A DNA stretch of 64,000 nt from Promethearchaeota archaeon (GTDB lineage Archaea > Asgardarchaeota > Lokiarchaeia > Sigyniarchaeales > SOKP01), in the NCBI GenBank assembly GCA_019057795.1, contig JAHLWS010000068.1:1-64000 (forward strand), given 5' to 3'. The position numbers and the translations under genes were made by a program. The notes below the pieces were generated by a model. That model made no database searches. It was not told the DNA's origin and was given only the letters and a program-made list of their open reading frames with translations. Positions 18,757-27,328 of the stretch are shown one piece after another; within the stretch, counting starts at the first letter, position 1; every line of letters begins with the position of its first letter.

Positions 18757-19929
18757 TTAATGCTTTCTTAAGAGTCGCTTTTGAACTACGTAATGCGTTC
18801 TTGTTGGGATCCCGTGCGGAAAAATAGTCTTTATCGCTCGGTCGTTGTTAGCCCAAACGGTAGTTCCTTCGTAGTAGTTAAATCCGTAGGCGTGGGACGA
18901 CAAAAACATTCCTATATTGGAAAGCGCAGAAAATATACCCCTTCCTGCGTATTCTTTTTTTATCATAGCCGTATCTACGTTTAAGTGGGTTAGAGTCTCT
19001 CCGTTCCACAGCTGAAACAAGTTTGGTTGGCACATAATAACGCCTACCAGCTCGTTAGTGTTCCGGTCGAAACCGAACACGGCCATAGGAACGATCTTCT
19101 TAAAGTCGCAAGATTCCCACGTTTCTCGGAACCCGGGATCATCGGCGTAATCTTGGGGAAATTCCTCGCTAACTAATTTAAGTACTTTGCTCGCTTGAGT
19201 GTACCCGTCCATCATTTCTTCGAATCGTGCTCTACCGCCCGGCGCATCGGCAAGTACGGCGTATAGAGATTGAGACGCTAAGCCCATTATTTGTTCCTTT
19301 AAATCCCTTATTTCGTCGAGGGGCAAAAACCTGACCGCTATGTTTTCGTCTAAATCTTTGCCTTTAGCCCACTTTTTTAAGAAAATGTCAAGGCACGAAT
19401 ACTTCGAGTCTTTTTTGTAACCTAATTCTTGTAAGTACTCCAAGATTTTTGATTCGGGTTTGCCGAACGCTAAACCACTCATCATGGGAGCTTCGAACCC
19501 TTCGGTCTGAAACCCGATCCCACCGATAAATTTGGGGTAATTAATTGGACCACGGAGCTTTTTCTTTTTATTTTCGCGAACAAATCTTTCGCACTCGCTC
19601 ATTAACGCTTTACAAGTCTCTAAATTCTGAGCGCGAAGCCAGGCGAAAGTAGGACACTTCATCCCGTAGCTTTTGTACTCGTCGTCGATCTGGCAAGAAA
19701 CAAAGCCCGTTGTTCTTTTGTTTTGACTTGCTACGAAAAATTTTATTTTGTTTTTAGGATTTAAAAATTTAGTTTCGAAATAACTAACTATTTCCGAGAC
19801 GATTTTAGGTTTTAACCTCTCGTCCGGTACCCACAACATTTCTAACATCGCAGACTCTATTTGCGACAAGTTCCTTACTTCAATTACTCCCGAGCTTAAT
19901 TTTTCCGTTTTTGTAGATACTAATTCCAT
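18757..19929 (-). CDS. Tandem-GNAT acyltransferase, YghO / bacterial ceramide synthase-like
   Basis: FFVA..GFVS..FAWL..LRGPIN..EGFEAP..LGYKK and C-terminal GRGI..VWANN. Confidence 0.7.
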   Translation of the reverse strand: MELVSTKTEKLSSGVIEVRNLSQIESAMLEMLWVPDERLKPKIVSEIVSYFETKFLNPKNKIKFFVASQNKRTTGFVSCQIDDEYKSYGMKCPTFAWLRAQNLETCKALMSECERFVRENKKKKLRGPINYPKFIGGIGFQTEGFEAPMMSGLAFGKPESKILEYLQELGYKKDSKYSCLDIFLKKWAKGKDLDENIAVRFLPLDEIRDLKEQIMGLASQSLYAVLADAPGGRARFEEMMDGYTQASKVLKLVSEEFPQDYADDPGFRETWESCDFKKIVPMAVFGFDRNTNELVGVIMCQPNLFQLWNGETLTHLNVDTAMIKKEYAGRGIFSALSNIGMFLSSHAYGFNYYEGTTVWANNDRAIKTIFPHGIPTRTHYVVQKRLLRKH

Positions 19930-20191
19930 AAATCAAATTCACCTCTAAACATCAAAATTTTAAGTTTAACGCCTTATAATCAAGAAGATATTTAAAGGAA
20001 AAATCTAGAAAATGCAGTCTAAGTTAAGCCTCAATGTTAAATGTGATAAATTTACTAAATAATTAGAAATTAATAATAGACAAAAGTGAATAAAGTGGAA
20101 TTTGGAAATAAGAGAATCCTTCTTATTTGAGCAATTTTAATAGCCTTAGGGAAATCTTAATGAAAAAATAAAAAAAAATGAGGTTTAAAAA

Positions 20192-20836
20192 ATGACAAAA
20201 AAAGACGAAGAAGAAGAAGCAAGGGCATATTGTTGTTTATGTATACTTAGTTTAATTTTAATAGTTTTCATCATAATGTATTGGTATATTACCCTTCCTA
20301 CCGCTTTAGTCGGAGGTTGTATTTATTTATTAGCAAAAAAAAAATCAGGTCAACCAAAAAAAATCTCTAATCGAACAATATTAGAATATCAACTACAAGA
20401 AATCCATTTATTGGAATATCCAAAAGATTCTTACCATGAAAATAAATGTCCTCATTGTCTATATCCACTTATAGGAAAAGATATAAGTAGACTTCAGTGT
20501 CCTAAATGTCATATGTCTCTTATACCGATAGAATACTACGCAGAAAAATGTACTTATTGTGGCGAAACTATGATAAAAAATCAAAACACGTGTGAATTCT
20601 GTGGACACGACAAACGACCAGTAGAAGTAGCAGAAAAAAGAAGGCGAAATATTTCTTCTCAAGTTAAACGAGAAGTATGGCGTAGAGATTATGCTAAATG
20701 CGTAGAATGTGGCTCTAAAGAAAGATTAGAATACGATCACATCATTCCATTTTCAAAAGGAGGAAGCAACACAGCTCGAAACATCCAATTGTTATGCGAA
20801 ATTTGTAATCGAAAAAAGCATAATAAAATTGAATAA
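20192..20836 (+). CDS. Membrane-anchored zinc-ribbon HNH endonuclease
   Basis: N-terminal hydrophobic segment, four CxxC pairs, then VWRRD..CVECG..DHIIPFSKGG..N..LCEICN. Confidence 0.9.
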   Translation: MTKKDEEEEARAYCCLCILSLILIVFIIMYWYITLPTALVGGCIYLLAKKKSGQPKKISNRTILEYQLQEIHLLEYPKDSYHENKCPHCLYPLIGKDISRLQCPKCHMSLIPIEYYAEKCTYCGETMIKNQNTCEFCGHDKRPVEVAEKRRRNISSQVKREVWRRDYAKCVECGSKERLEYDHIIPFSKGGSNTARNIQLLCEICNRKKHNKIE

Positions 20837-21099
20837 AAAGGAGGCCACAATTCCCAACGAAGGAAAAAACACGAAAATCTCAAATCAAAAGGAGTAGAAT
20901 TCATCACTTTTCCTGAAATATTAGATTTTTTAGTTAGAAAAATAGAGCCAAAAATGTATCATAATGATTCAGAAATTTTATATGTAATTGGAAAATTTAA
21001 ACTCTATGGTTTTTTTAAGAATTGATAAAAGTGTGGGCGATTTTATACCAAATATAAACAGTCCTAATGGAAAAGATTGAGTCTTCTGGTTTAAAGTAG

Positions 21100-22329
21100 T
21101 TATATTTGCACGCTTAACATGCTTACTAGCTCTTGCCCCTTTGGTAGGAGCTCGGCTTGTGCAACCTCGCCCTCGAAATAGTTAAACACCACGTAATCTT
21201 CGAACTTCTTTTCGGATTTGTTGTAGTTCCAACATGGCACGTATCCTCTCGCCCGAAACCCGAACTCGTAAAATAACTGTTGGTGTTCCGGGCTGAAAGC
21301 CGAAACAAATACTTCGCTGTAGCGAATGACATTTTCTTTCATGCTTTTTAAAAATTCCTCCAAAAACACGTACAATTCCTCAAGCGAATCGACATGGTAC
21401 TTGGTTTTCTCGAAGTTTTGAATTTGAGGCGTGTGTAAAAAAGTAAAGTACGATTTTGCGCCCCTAATAAAGAATTGGTGGTATCCGTACCCGTACTTGT
21501 CGGTAATTAAGTCCTTTCTGAAAGCTTTTTGTAGCTCGAAGATTTTGTCGTAGTCCAAGTTGCAATCGGGAGAGGCCAACTTAAAACTACCTAAGTTGTA
21601 AAGGTTGTCGCAATGCAGAAAGCTGTCCAGAGCGTTCTCGATCAATACCGGCGTTTTTCGATCCCTATACTTTTTAAGCGTCTTTTCGCGATATATAACG
21701 CCCATAACATCTGACTCAACTTGGTCGTAGAAAACATCCTTGTTGGGAAAGAAAGCGACCGTTTTTATCCCGCACACTGAAGTAATGTACTGAGAAGCAG
21801 CGTGAGCTGTTCTGTTTTCGCAATACCACATCAAGATTTCCTTTTTAAAAGTTTTCCACATCCAGGCGTACGAACCAATTATAGATTTAGTTACATCCAG
21901 AGTTTTTTGATATTTTTTCTTCACCATAAACCCGCCAGAATATCCTTTTTTGTGCTCGAAGTCTAACGCACACCGAAAACAACCGGCGACCTCGCCATTA
22001 ATCTCGAACAAAATGAAGTAGTTATCGGAACTCTCGATCATTTTCCTAACCATGCGCTCGTCTTCGATCTCTTTGTAGGGATAAGTACCATCGTACACTT
22101 CCTTACAAATACTTGCGATAACCTTAGCGTCTTTAGGTTTAGCGAGCACTAAAGTGGGGCTTATTTTATCGCTTCCCAATTTAGTGTCGATTAGAAAGTC
22201 AAGGTCCATGCCGTTCTCTAAGTCTAAATCTAAAACACCCTCAAAAATTTCTAAAAATTCGTCGACTGAGTTGGGCCTAAGTTTTTTATACGGTATAATG
22301 GGAAATTGAACTAAATCTTGGGTTATCAT
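21100..22329 (-). CDS. Tandem-GNAT family acyltransferase
   Basis: VYDGTYPY, VKKKYQ, ENRTAHAASQ..GIKTVAFFP and a second domain ending FGFRARGYVP. Confidence 0.7.
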   Translation of the reverse strand: MITQDLVQFPIIPYKKLRPNSVDEFLEIFEGVLDLDLENGMDLDFLIDTKLGSDKISPTLVLAKPKDAKVIASICKEVYDGTYPYKEIEDERMVRKMIESSDNYFILFEINGEVAGCFRCALDFEHKKGYSGGFMVKKKYQKTLDVTKSIIGSYAWMWKTFKKEILMWYCENRTAHAASQYITSVCGIKTVAFFPNKDVFYDQVESDVMGVIYREKTLKKYRDRKTPVLIENALDSFLHCDNLYNLGSFKLASPDCNLDYDKIFELQKAFRKDLITDKYGYGYHQFFIRGAKSYFTFLHTPQIQNFEKTKYHVDSLEELYVFLEEFLKSMKENVIRYSEVFVSAFSPEHQQLFYEFGFRARGYVPCWNYNKSEKKFEDYVVFNYFEGEVAQAELLPKGQELVSMLSVQI

Positions 22330-22502
22330 TTTTTTTTGCGTTGTAACTACGTTTAAATAATTACTCTCACTTAAAGGTCAGTCTATATAAACAAAAATTT
22401 GAAAAGTTGTTAAAAATATTAGTTTAAGAATTTATTTATGCGAATTTTTCTTAAATTTTCTTTTAAATAACTTCGGTAGTTAAGCTATGAAAACGCATCA
22501 AA

Positions 22503-23375
22503 ATGGTTTGTTATAATATGTTTGTTAATCAAAAATTAGATGTTTGGTCAAATTCTTATTGGGAACGCGTTACTCGAAATATTGGTCCTATTACTTTTGA
22601 AGAACAAGAAACTATTAGGACATCGAGAGTCGCAGTCCTCGGAGTAGGTGGGTTAGGCGGACCTTTAGCAGAGAATTTGGTTAGAGCAGGCTGTCAAGAC
22701 TTAGTAATTTGCGATTTCGACATTTTCGACGAGTCCAACTTAAACAGGCAAGTCTGCACTATTGAGGATATCGGTAAGAAAAAAATAGATGTTATGGAAG
22801 AATTTTTGCGAAAAATCGACCCTGAAGTTGCAATAAAAAAATTCTTTAAAATTACCGAGGGAAACATAGATTCCGTACTTAAAGGCGTGAAAGTAGTAGC
22901 TCTCACTTTAGACGACCCCGCTACTTCAATCTTTATCGCCAGAGAGTGTCGGAAACGAGCGATTCCCATGGTCGAGTCGTGGGGAGTTCCCTTTTTGTTC
23001 ACTTGGTGGTTCACTCCTGACAGCATAGACTACGAAAATTGCTACGGTTTAGAAACTTACCATTACGGTTATTCCGAGCTTGCGAACATGAAAGAAAAGA
23101 TAAACCTTGCAACACGTCAAGCCTTATTACCAAAAGTTTTTCGTATGCCAGGAGTTAGAGAAAAATACGATCGCGAACCAGGAGCTTTCGAAGAAATGAT
23201 GTCTGGAAACATCGGAGCTCGCTCCTTTGCACCATTTGTAAGGATTACTTCCGACTTTCTTTCTGTGGATATTATTTTTTCTGGCATACTTAAAGTAAAG
23301 CCGATGAATTTAGCCCCTCACTTGAAGGGATTCGACTACATCAACATGGAAGTCCAAGAAGCTAATTTACTATAA
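22503..23375 (+). CDS. ThiF/E1-like adenylyltransferase
   Basis: RNIG..EEQ, VAVLGVGGLGG, DFDIFDESNLNRQ; no Zn CxxC pairs. Confidence 0.92.
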   Translation: MVCYNMFVNQKLDVWSNSYWERVTRNIGPITFEEQETIRTSRVAVLGVGGLGGPLAENLVRAGCQDLVICDFDIFDESNLNRQVCTIEDIGKKKIDVMEEFLRKIDPEVAIKKFFKITEGNIDSVLKGVKVVALTLDDPATSIFIARECRKRAIPMVESWGVPFLFTWWFTPDSIDYENCYGLETYHYGYSELANMKEKINLATRQALLPKVFRMPGVREKYDREPGAFEEMMSGNIGARSFAPFVRITSDFLSVDIIFSGILKVKPMNLAPHLKGFDYINMEVQEANLL

Positions 23376-23403
23376 AATTCCCATTAATCATAATAAGCTA
23401 ATA

Positions 23404-24201
23404 TTAGATATTATTAATTAAAGACACAATTTTTTCCATAATCTGATAAATAGAACCCTCGATTTTATTTTTGTATCCTTCTCCGTCCCATTTTGTTATT
23501 CTGTTGATCATTAACATTTGTTTTCCGAATAGGTTCTTGAATCTTTCTAATTGAATATTAAATCTATCTTGCTTTTCTTTATTAAAATCATATTGGGAGT
23601 GTTGTAAGTATAGAAATATAAAATAAGGTGAATCGTTATTATCTACATTTAAAGCATCCTTCATTTCTATGAATCGATTTACCACCTTTTCTATTTTCTG
23701 TGCGGATTCCTGATATAGTTTAATTTCGAAAATAGCGACAGGGATAATTTCCATATTATTTTTTTTTATTCCAATAAAAATATCAGGTTTAGTTGATGGT
23801 TTATTGTGAATTTTTAATTTAAAATTAGTTTGAATCGAGATATCTGAACTTAAAATCAATTTATTTCCCTTACAATTCGCTTCGAAATGATGATGGACTC
23901 CTTTAGGGTTAACTGTTTTAATAGTTTCAAATCCAATTTTCAATTTCAAGAATCTTTCTAAGAATTTTTTAATATACAAGAAATACCATAGTTCTGAAAG
24001 GCCTGTTATTCCTCCTCCGGTTCCTTTCGTTTCATTGAGCATTTCTCTAAAGGCAAAATGGGTGGATATTAAATATTCGTCTGGATAATTATCCTCAAAT
24101 TCGAAGGCTTTTTCTATAATACTATCTATCGTTGTGCTAAAAAGATCTTCAATGTTAGCTCTAGCAATCTCCCTTATTTTGTCTACTTCCATGAAGTTCA
24201 C
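23404..24201 (-). CDS. PD-(D/E)xK restriction-endonuclease-like protein
   Basis: GLSE..KPDIFIG..IFEIK motif. Confidence 0.7.
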   Translation of the reverse strand: MNFMEVDKIREIARANIEDLFSTTIDSIIEKAFEFEDNYPDEYLISTHFAFREMLNETKGTGGGITGLSELWYFLYIKKFLERFLKLKIGFETIKTVNPKGVHHHFEANCKGNKLILSSDISIQTNFKLKIHNKPSTKPDIFIGIKKNNMEIIPVAIFEIKLYQESAQKIEKVVNRFIEMKDALNVDNNDSPYFIFLYLQHSQYDFNKEKQDRFNIQLERFKNLFGKQMLMINRITKWDGEGYKNKIEGSIYQIMEKIVSLINNI

Positions 24202-24359
24202 ATTCTATTTTCATTTTTCTATAATTTAAAATAATAATAAACTTCAAAAATAAAAGCTTAATTAAAAGCGAAAATGAAGAAGATCGGCATTTTCTAAGTC
24301 TTATGGTTCATATTGATAATTTTTCTGGCATCAATATTAATACCTTTTTTTTATTTAAT

Positions 24360-25316
24360 TTATAAAACTTCATTTAAAACTTTTTCTTCAATGAATTGAT
24401 GGTTTCGATTGATATAGTTAATTCTTCTATTTTCTTCTAATCGACGATAAAAATAGGATTGGTGTAAAATTACAAAGAAATGTATGTTGTTCCCATAAAA
24501 AGGAAACTTGCCAAAAAAAGGATTATAGTATAATTTTGTCTTCGAATAATCTGGGTCTTCATTATTTGAGTAGTAACATTCAACATCTTCCAAAATCTCA
24601 TCTTCTGAGTCAATTATTTTTTTTCCTAATAGATACTCTATTAAATATTTATAAGGACTCCAACTGTGAAAAATTATGAGGTTAGGATTAATTAATTCGA
24701 TTTCTTCAATAAGATATTTGTCACGACACTCGCCCCATATATCCTTGTTCTTAACATTATCGCCATCCACGACTATATCGTCGTTACACTTACAAAGATC
24801 TGTAATGTAAATCTTTGGTTTAATAACATCTAACTTGTTTAAAAACAAGAGGTTCAAATATTCCCAGAATCTATTCGGTCGAACACTTTTTAAAATAGCC
24901 TTTAATTGAGTTTTCTCTCCCGAATAAATCTCCTCCAATTGATCGAAATTCAGATTACCGCTGTTATCAATGGGATAAAATCCCAATCCGAAAGCAATAT
25001 TGATTTGATCTTCTAGTATTGTAGGAGCTTCTCCGATTATCATAATTTCTTTAGCAGGAGTAGTTCCAGAAAAATCAAGATTTTCGATCCACCCTGGGAA
25101 TTCTAAATTCCTTTTAAAAAAGTTAGGGTTTCTAAAAATGGGCTTACAAGCGGTGCAACCCTCATTCTCTTTTCTCTGATAATTCTTTTTTTCTATTTGA
25201 TTATTGTACTCATCGTTCATTTTTAGGTAGTTTTCGTTCCTCGTAGTAAACGATTTAACTATCCTCTCACCATATATACGTTCGAGCAATTTACAGTAGG
25301 TATCTAATCTTGTCAT
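24360..25316 (-). CDS. Uracil-DNA glycosylase superfamily protein
   Basis: IMIIGEAP, YITDLCKC, C..YLIEEIELINPNLII, ILHQS. Confidence 0.8.
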   Translation of the reverse strand: MTRLDTYCKLLERIYGERIVKSFTTRNENYLKMNDEYNNQIEKKNYQRKENEGCTACKPIFRNPNFFKRNLEFPGWIENLDFSGTTPAKEIMIIGEAPTILEDQINIAFGLGFYPIDNSGNLNFDQLEEIYSGEKTQLKAILKSVRPNRFWEYLNLLFLNKLDVIKPKIYITDLCKCNDDIVVDGDNVKNKDIWGECRDKYLIEEIELINPNLIIFHSWSPYKYLIEYLLGKKIIDSEDEILEDVECYYSNNEDPDYSKTKLYYNPFFGKFPFYGNNIHFFVILHQSYFYRRLEENRRINYINRNHQFIEEKVLNEVL

Positions 25317-25326
25317 AAATTTTTTT

Positions 25327-26172
25327 TCAGCTTAATTGTGTGATTATTCTATTACACTTAGCCTTCTCGTCTTCTGAACCAAAGAACGCGACATATCCAT
25401 TATTGGGGGTTAATATGATTGCCTCTATGTTATCTTGCTCCATAGAATCGAGCGCTAAATCGTGAATGTCGTAGACTATATTTTCGATCTCGTCGTCGTT
25501 AAATTCAAACGAGAAATCGAAATTAAGGCTTCTACATATTTCTTGAGTGATTGGAAACCCGTGATCTGCGTACTTCTCGGTAAAGGTTTCAATAATTTCT
25601 CGCTTGTTTTCAGAGTTTTTAACGCTTGGAACCTCCATAAGATATTGTTTTGCTTCGTCGATAGTTCTATTATAGGCTCCAATTAAGAAGGGATCGAGCT
25701 TATCTGCCATCGTCATTTTTATGTACGGATCACTACTACTTTCTATAAATTTTAACGCGTTTTCAATCGAGGATGCCGGAAAAAACATGTCGAGAGCGGG
25801 ATGTTTTACTTGAGGGTCAACGGGCCCTAATTCACCAGCCTTACCTAAAATCAAGTCGTCCGCGGAGAGAGCAATCATTGTTGCAGCGCTCTTTGCAAAG
25901 AATGGTACAATTACCGTAAATTTCTCAGAATAATTCTTACAAATATTAACAATTTTGACAGCCATCGTAATATCGCCTCCACCTGAATCTATGATTAGAT
26001 CGAGGTTCTCAATGCTCGGTTCCTTACGGATAAGCCTCAAAAACACAGAAGCTTTGTAGTAATCGATGTCTCCTGAAGCGTAAAATAACATCGCTGTCGC
26101 CTTTCTTTTTTCGCTTAATAATGTTAATTTTTCCTTTAATTCACCTAATGGGTCCTTTTCGTTCTCATTCAT
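25327..26172 (-). CDS. SDH-family ClpP-fold serine protease
   Basis: IDSGGG, AKSAATMIALSAD, ELGPVDPQ, DHGFPI. Confidence 0.9.
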   Translation of the reverse strand: MNENEKDPLGELKEKLTLLSEKRKATAMLFYASGDIDYYKASVFLRLIRKEPSIENLDLIIDSGGGDITMAVKIVNICKNYSEKFTVIVPFFAKSAATMIALSADDLILGKAGELGPVDPQVKHPALDMFFPASSIENALKFIESSSDPYIKMTMADKLDPFLIGAYNRTIDEAKQYLMEVPSVKNSENKREIIETFTEKYADHGFPITQEICRSLNFDFSFEFNDDEIENIVYDIHDLALDSMEQDNIEAIILTPNNGYVAFFGSEDEKAKCNRIITQLS

Positions 26173-26326
26173 TCTTCTGAACCAAGTTTGATTGTTGTAA
26201 TTTTTTTCTCATTTCTTTTATATTAATATAATTAGAACTAGACAAGCCAAGCTTTTTTTTAAGTTCTTTATAAATTTCGTACTCTTGTTTGATTTTCAAG
26301 TATTGTTTACTCGTGGATTCTTTCAT
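26165..26326 (-). CDS. 53-aa basic small ORF overlapping the SDH protease start (not in the ORF track)
   Basis: MKESTSKQYLKIKQEYEIYKELKKKLGL...QKNE*; its TGA overlaps the protease start region. Confidence 0.55.
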   Translation of the reverse strand: MKESTSKQYLKIKQEYEIYKELKKKLGLSSSNYINIKEMRKKLQQSNLVQKNE

Positions 26327-26428
26327 CTACAGATAAATATTAGTTAAACTTACTTTTATAACTTTATCATAAATTTTAATCTAAAAAAGAAAAAGTATAA
26401 AGTATAAGACGATAGAGAGATCAACATT

Positions 26429-27328
26429 TTAAGGGTAAAAAACGGTTTTAATTCTTTCCAACATTCTTTTGCGAAAGACAGGATTACCTGTGAGCCGCTT
26501 AGAAAAGAAATCTCTTAAGCAAGAGTAAAAACTTTCCCTGTTGCTCGAAAGAAGCTTAGAATCTAGGCTATTTATTATTAAACATACGAAAACTCTAACG
26601 AACGCCTCTTGAGCCTGCTCAAGGTTGGACGGAGATATATCTTTCATGCTGTGCTGGAAGATATTTCTATTTACAACGTATTTGATTAGTATTGTCTCGA
26701 CTTCTTCTGGAAACCCGAGCCTCACCATTTTATTGGCCATAATATCTTCTCCATCTTTAGCATTATCGTTAAATTTTTCTCTTTCGCCAAATCGTTCGTC
26801 GTAAAGTCCTTCTAACTTAGGGTATAACTTAGCGAAAAACTTATAATCGTCGTACCCGCACATATCGAGCCATTCGTTGACTTTAATTGCCAAAAAAACT
26901 CGTTCTACTTCGATTTTTATTGCGTTTTCCAAACTCATACTTTCATCCACAGCAGAAGCGTTTTTCTTTGCTTTTGACACAAGAGCGCTAATCCTTTTCG
27001 CTACAACTTCCAGCAACTCGTTTTTCTCTGCGATCTCTTGCCGTAATTGGTCGTTTTCCAAACCCGACTGATTTGGGTTAGTAAAATTCCTATCAACCGG
27101 GTCTTGATCGCTATCTTGGTCTACATCAAGGGAATATTTTAAAAAATTAAATATATCTTTTACTATACGTTCTCGAAAGCGGATTAGATTTTGTTTTAGT
27201 AGTTTAGTAGAAATCTTTCCTTGGCTAAAGTTTCTGATGGCGATTCTGAGTTTTTCTAATTCTTTCTCGTCAAACACTATTTTTTCTATCGTTTCTTCAA
27301 TTTCCTCAAAATCCTGCGTGGTTGCCAT
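26429..27328 (-). CDS. Coiled-coil protein with putative HEPN domain
   Basis: RNIFQH (RxxxxH) in a helical C-terminal domain; TAATG overlap with the upstream gene. Confidence 0.55.
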   Translation of the reverse strand: MATTQDFEEIEETIEKIVFDEKELEKLRIAIRNFSQGKISTKLLKQNLIRFRERIVKDIFNFLKYSLDVDQDSDQDPVDRNFTNPNQSGLENDQLRQEIAEKNELLEVVAKRISALVSKAKKNASAVDESMSLENAIKIEVERVFLAIKVNEWLDMCGYDDYKFFAKLYPKLEGLYDERFGEREKFNDNAKDGEDIMANKMVRLGFPEEVETILIKYVVNRNIFQHSMKDISPSNLEQAQEAFVRVFVCLIINSLDSKLLSSNRESFYSCLRDFFSKRLTGNPVFRKRMLERIKTVFYP

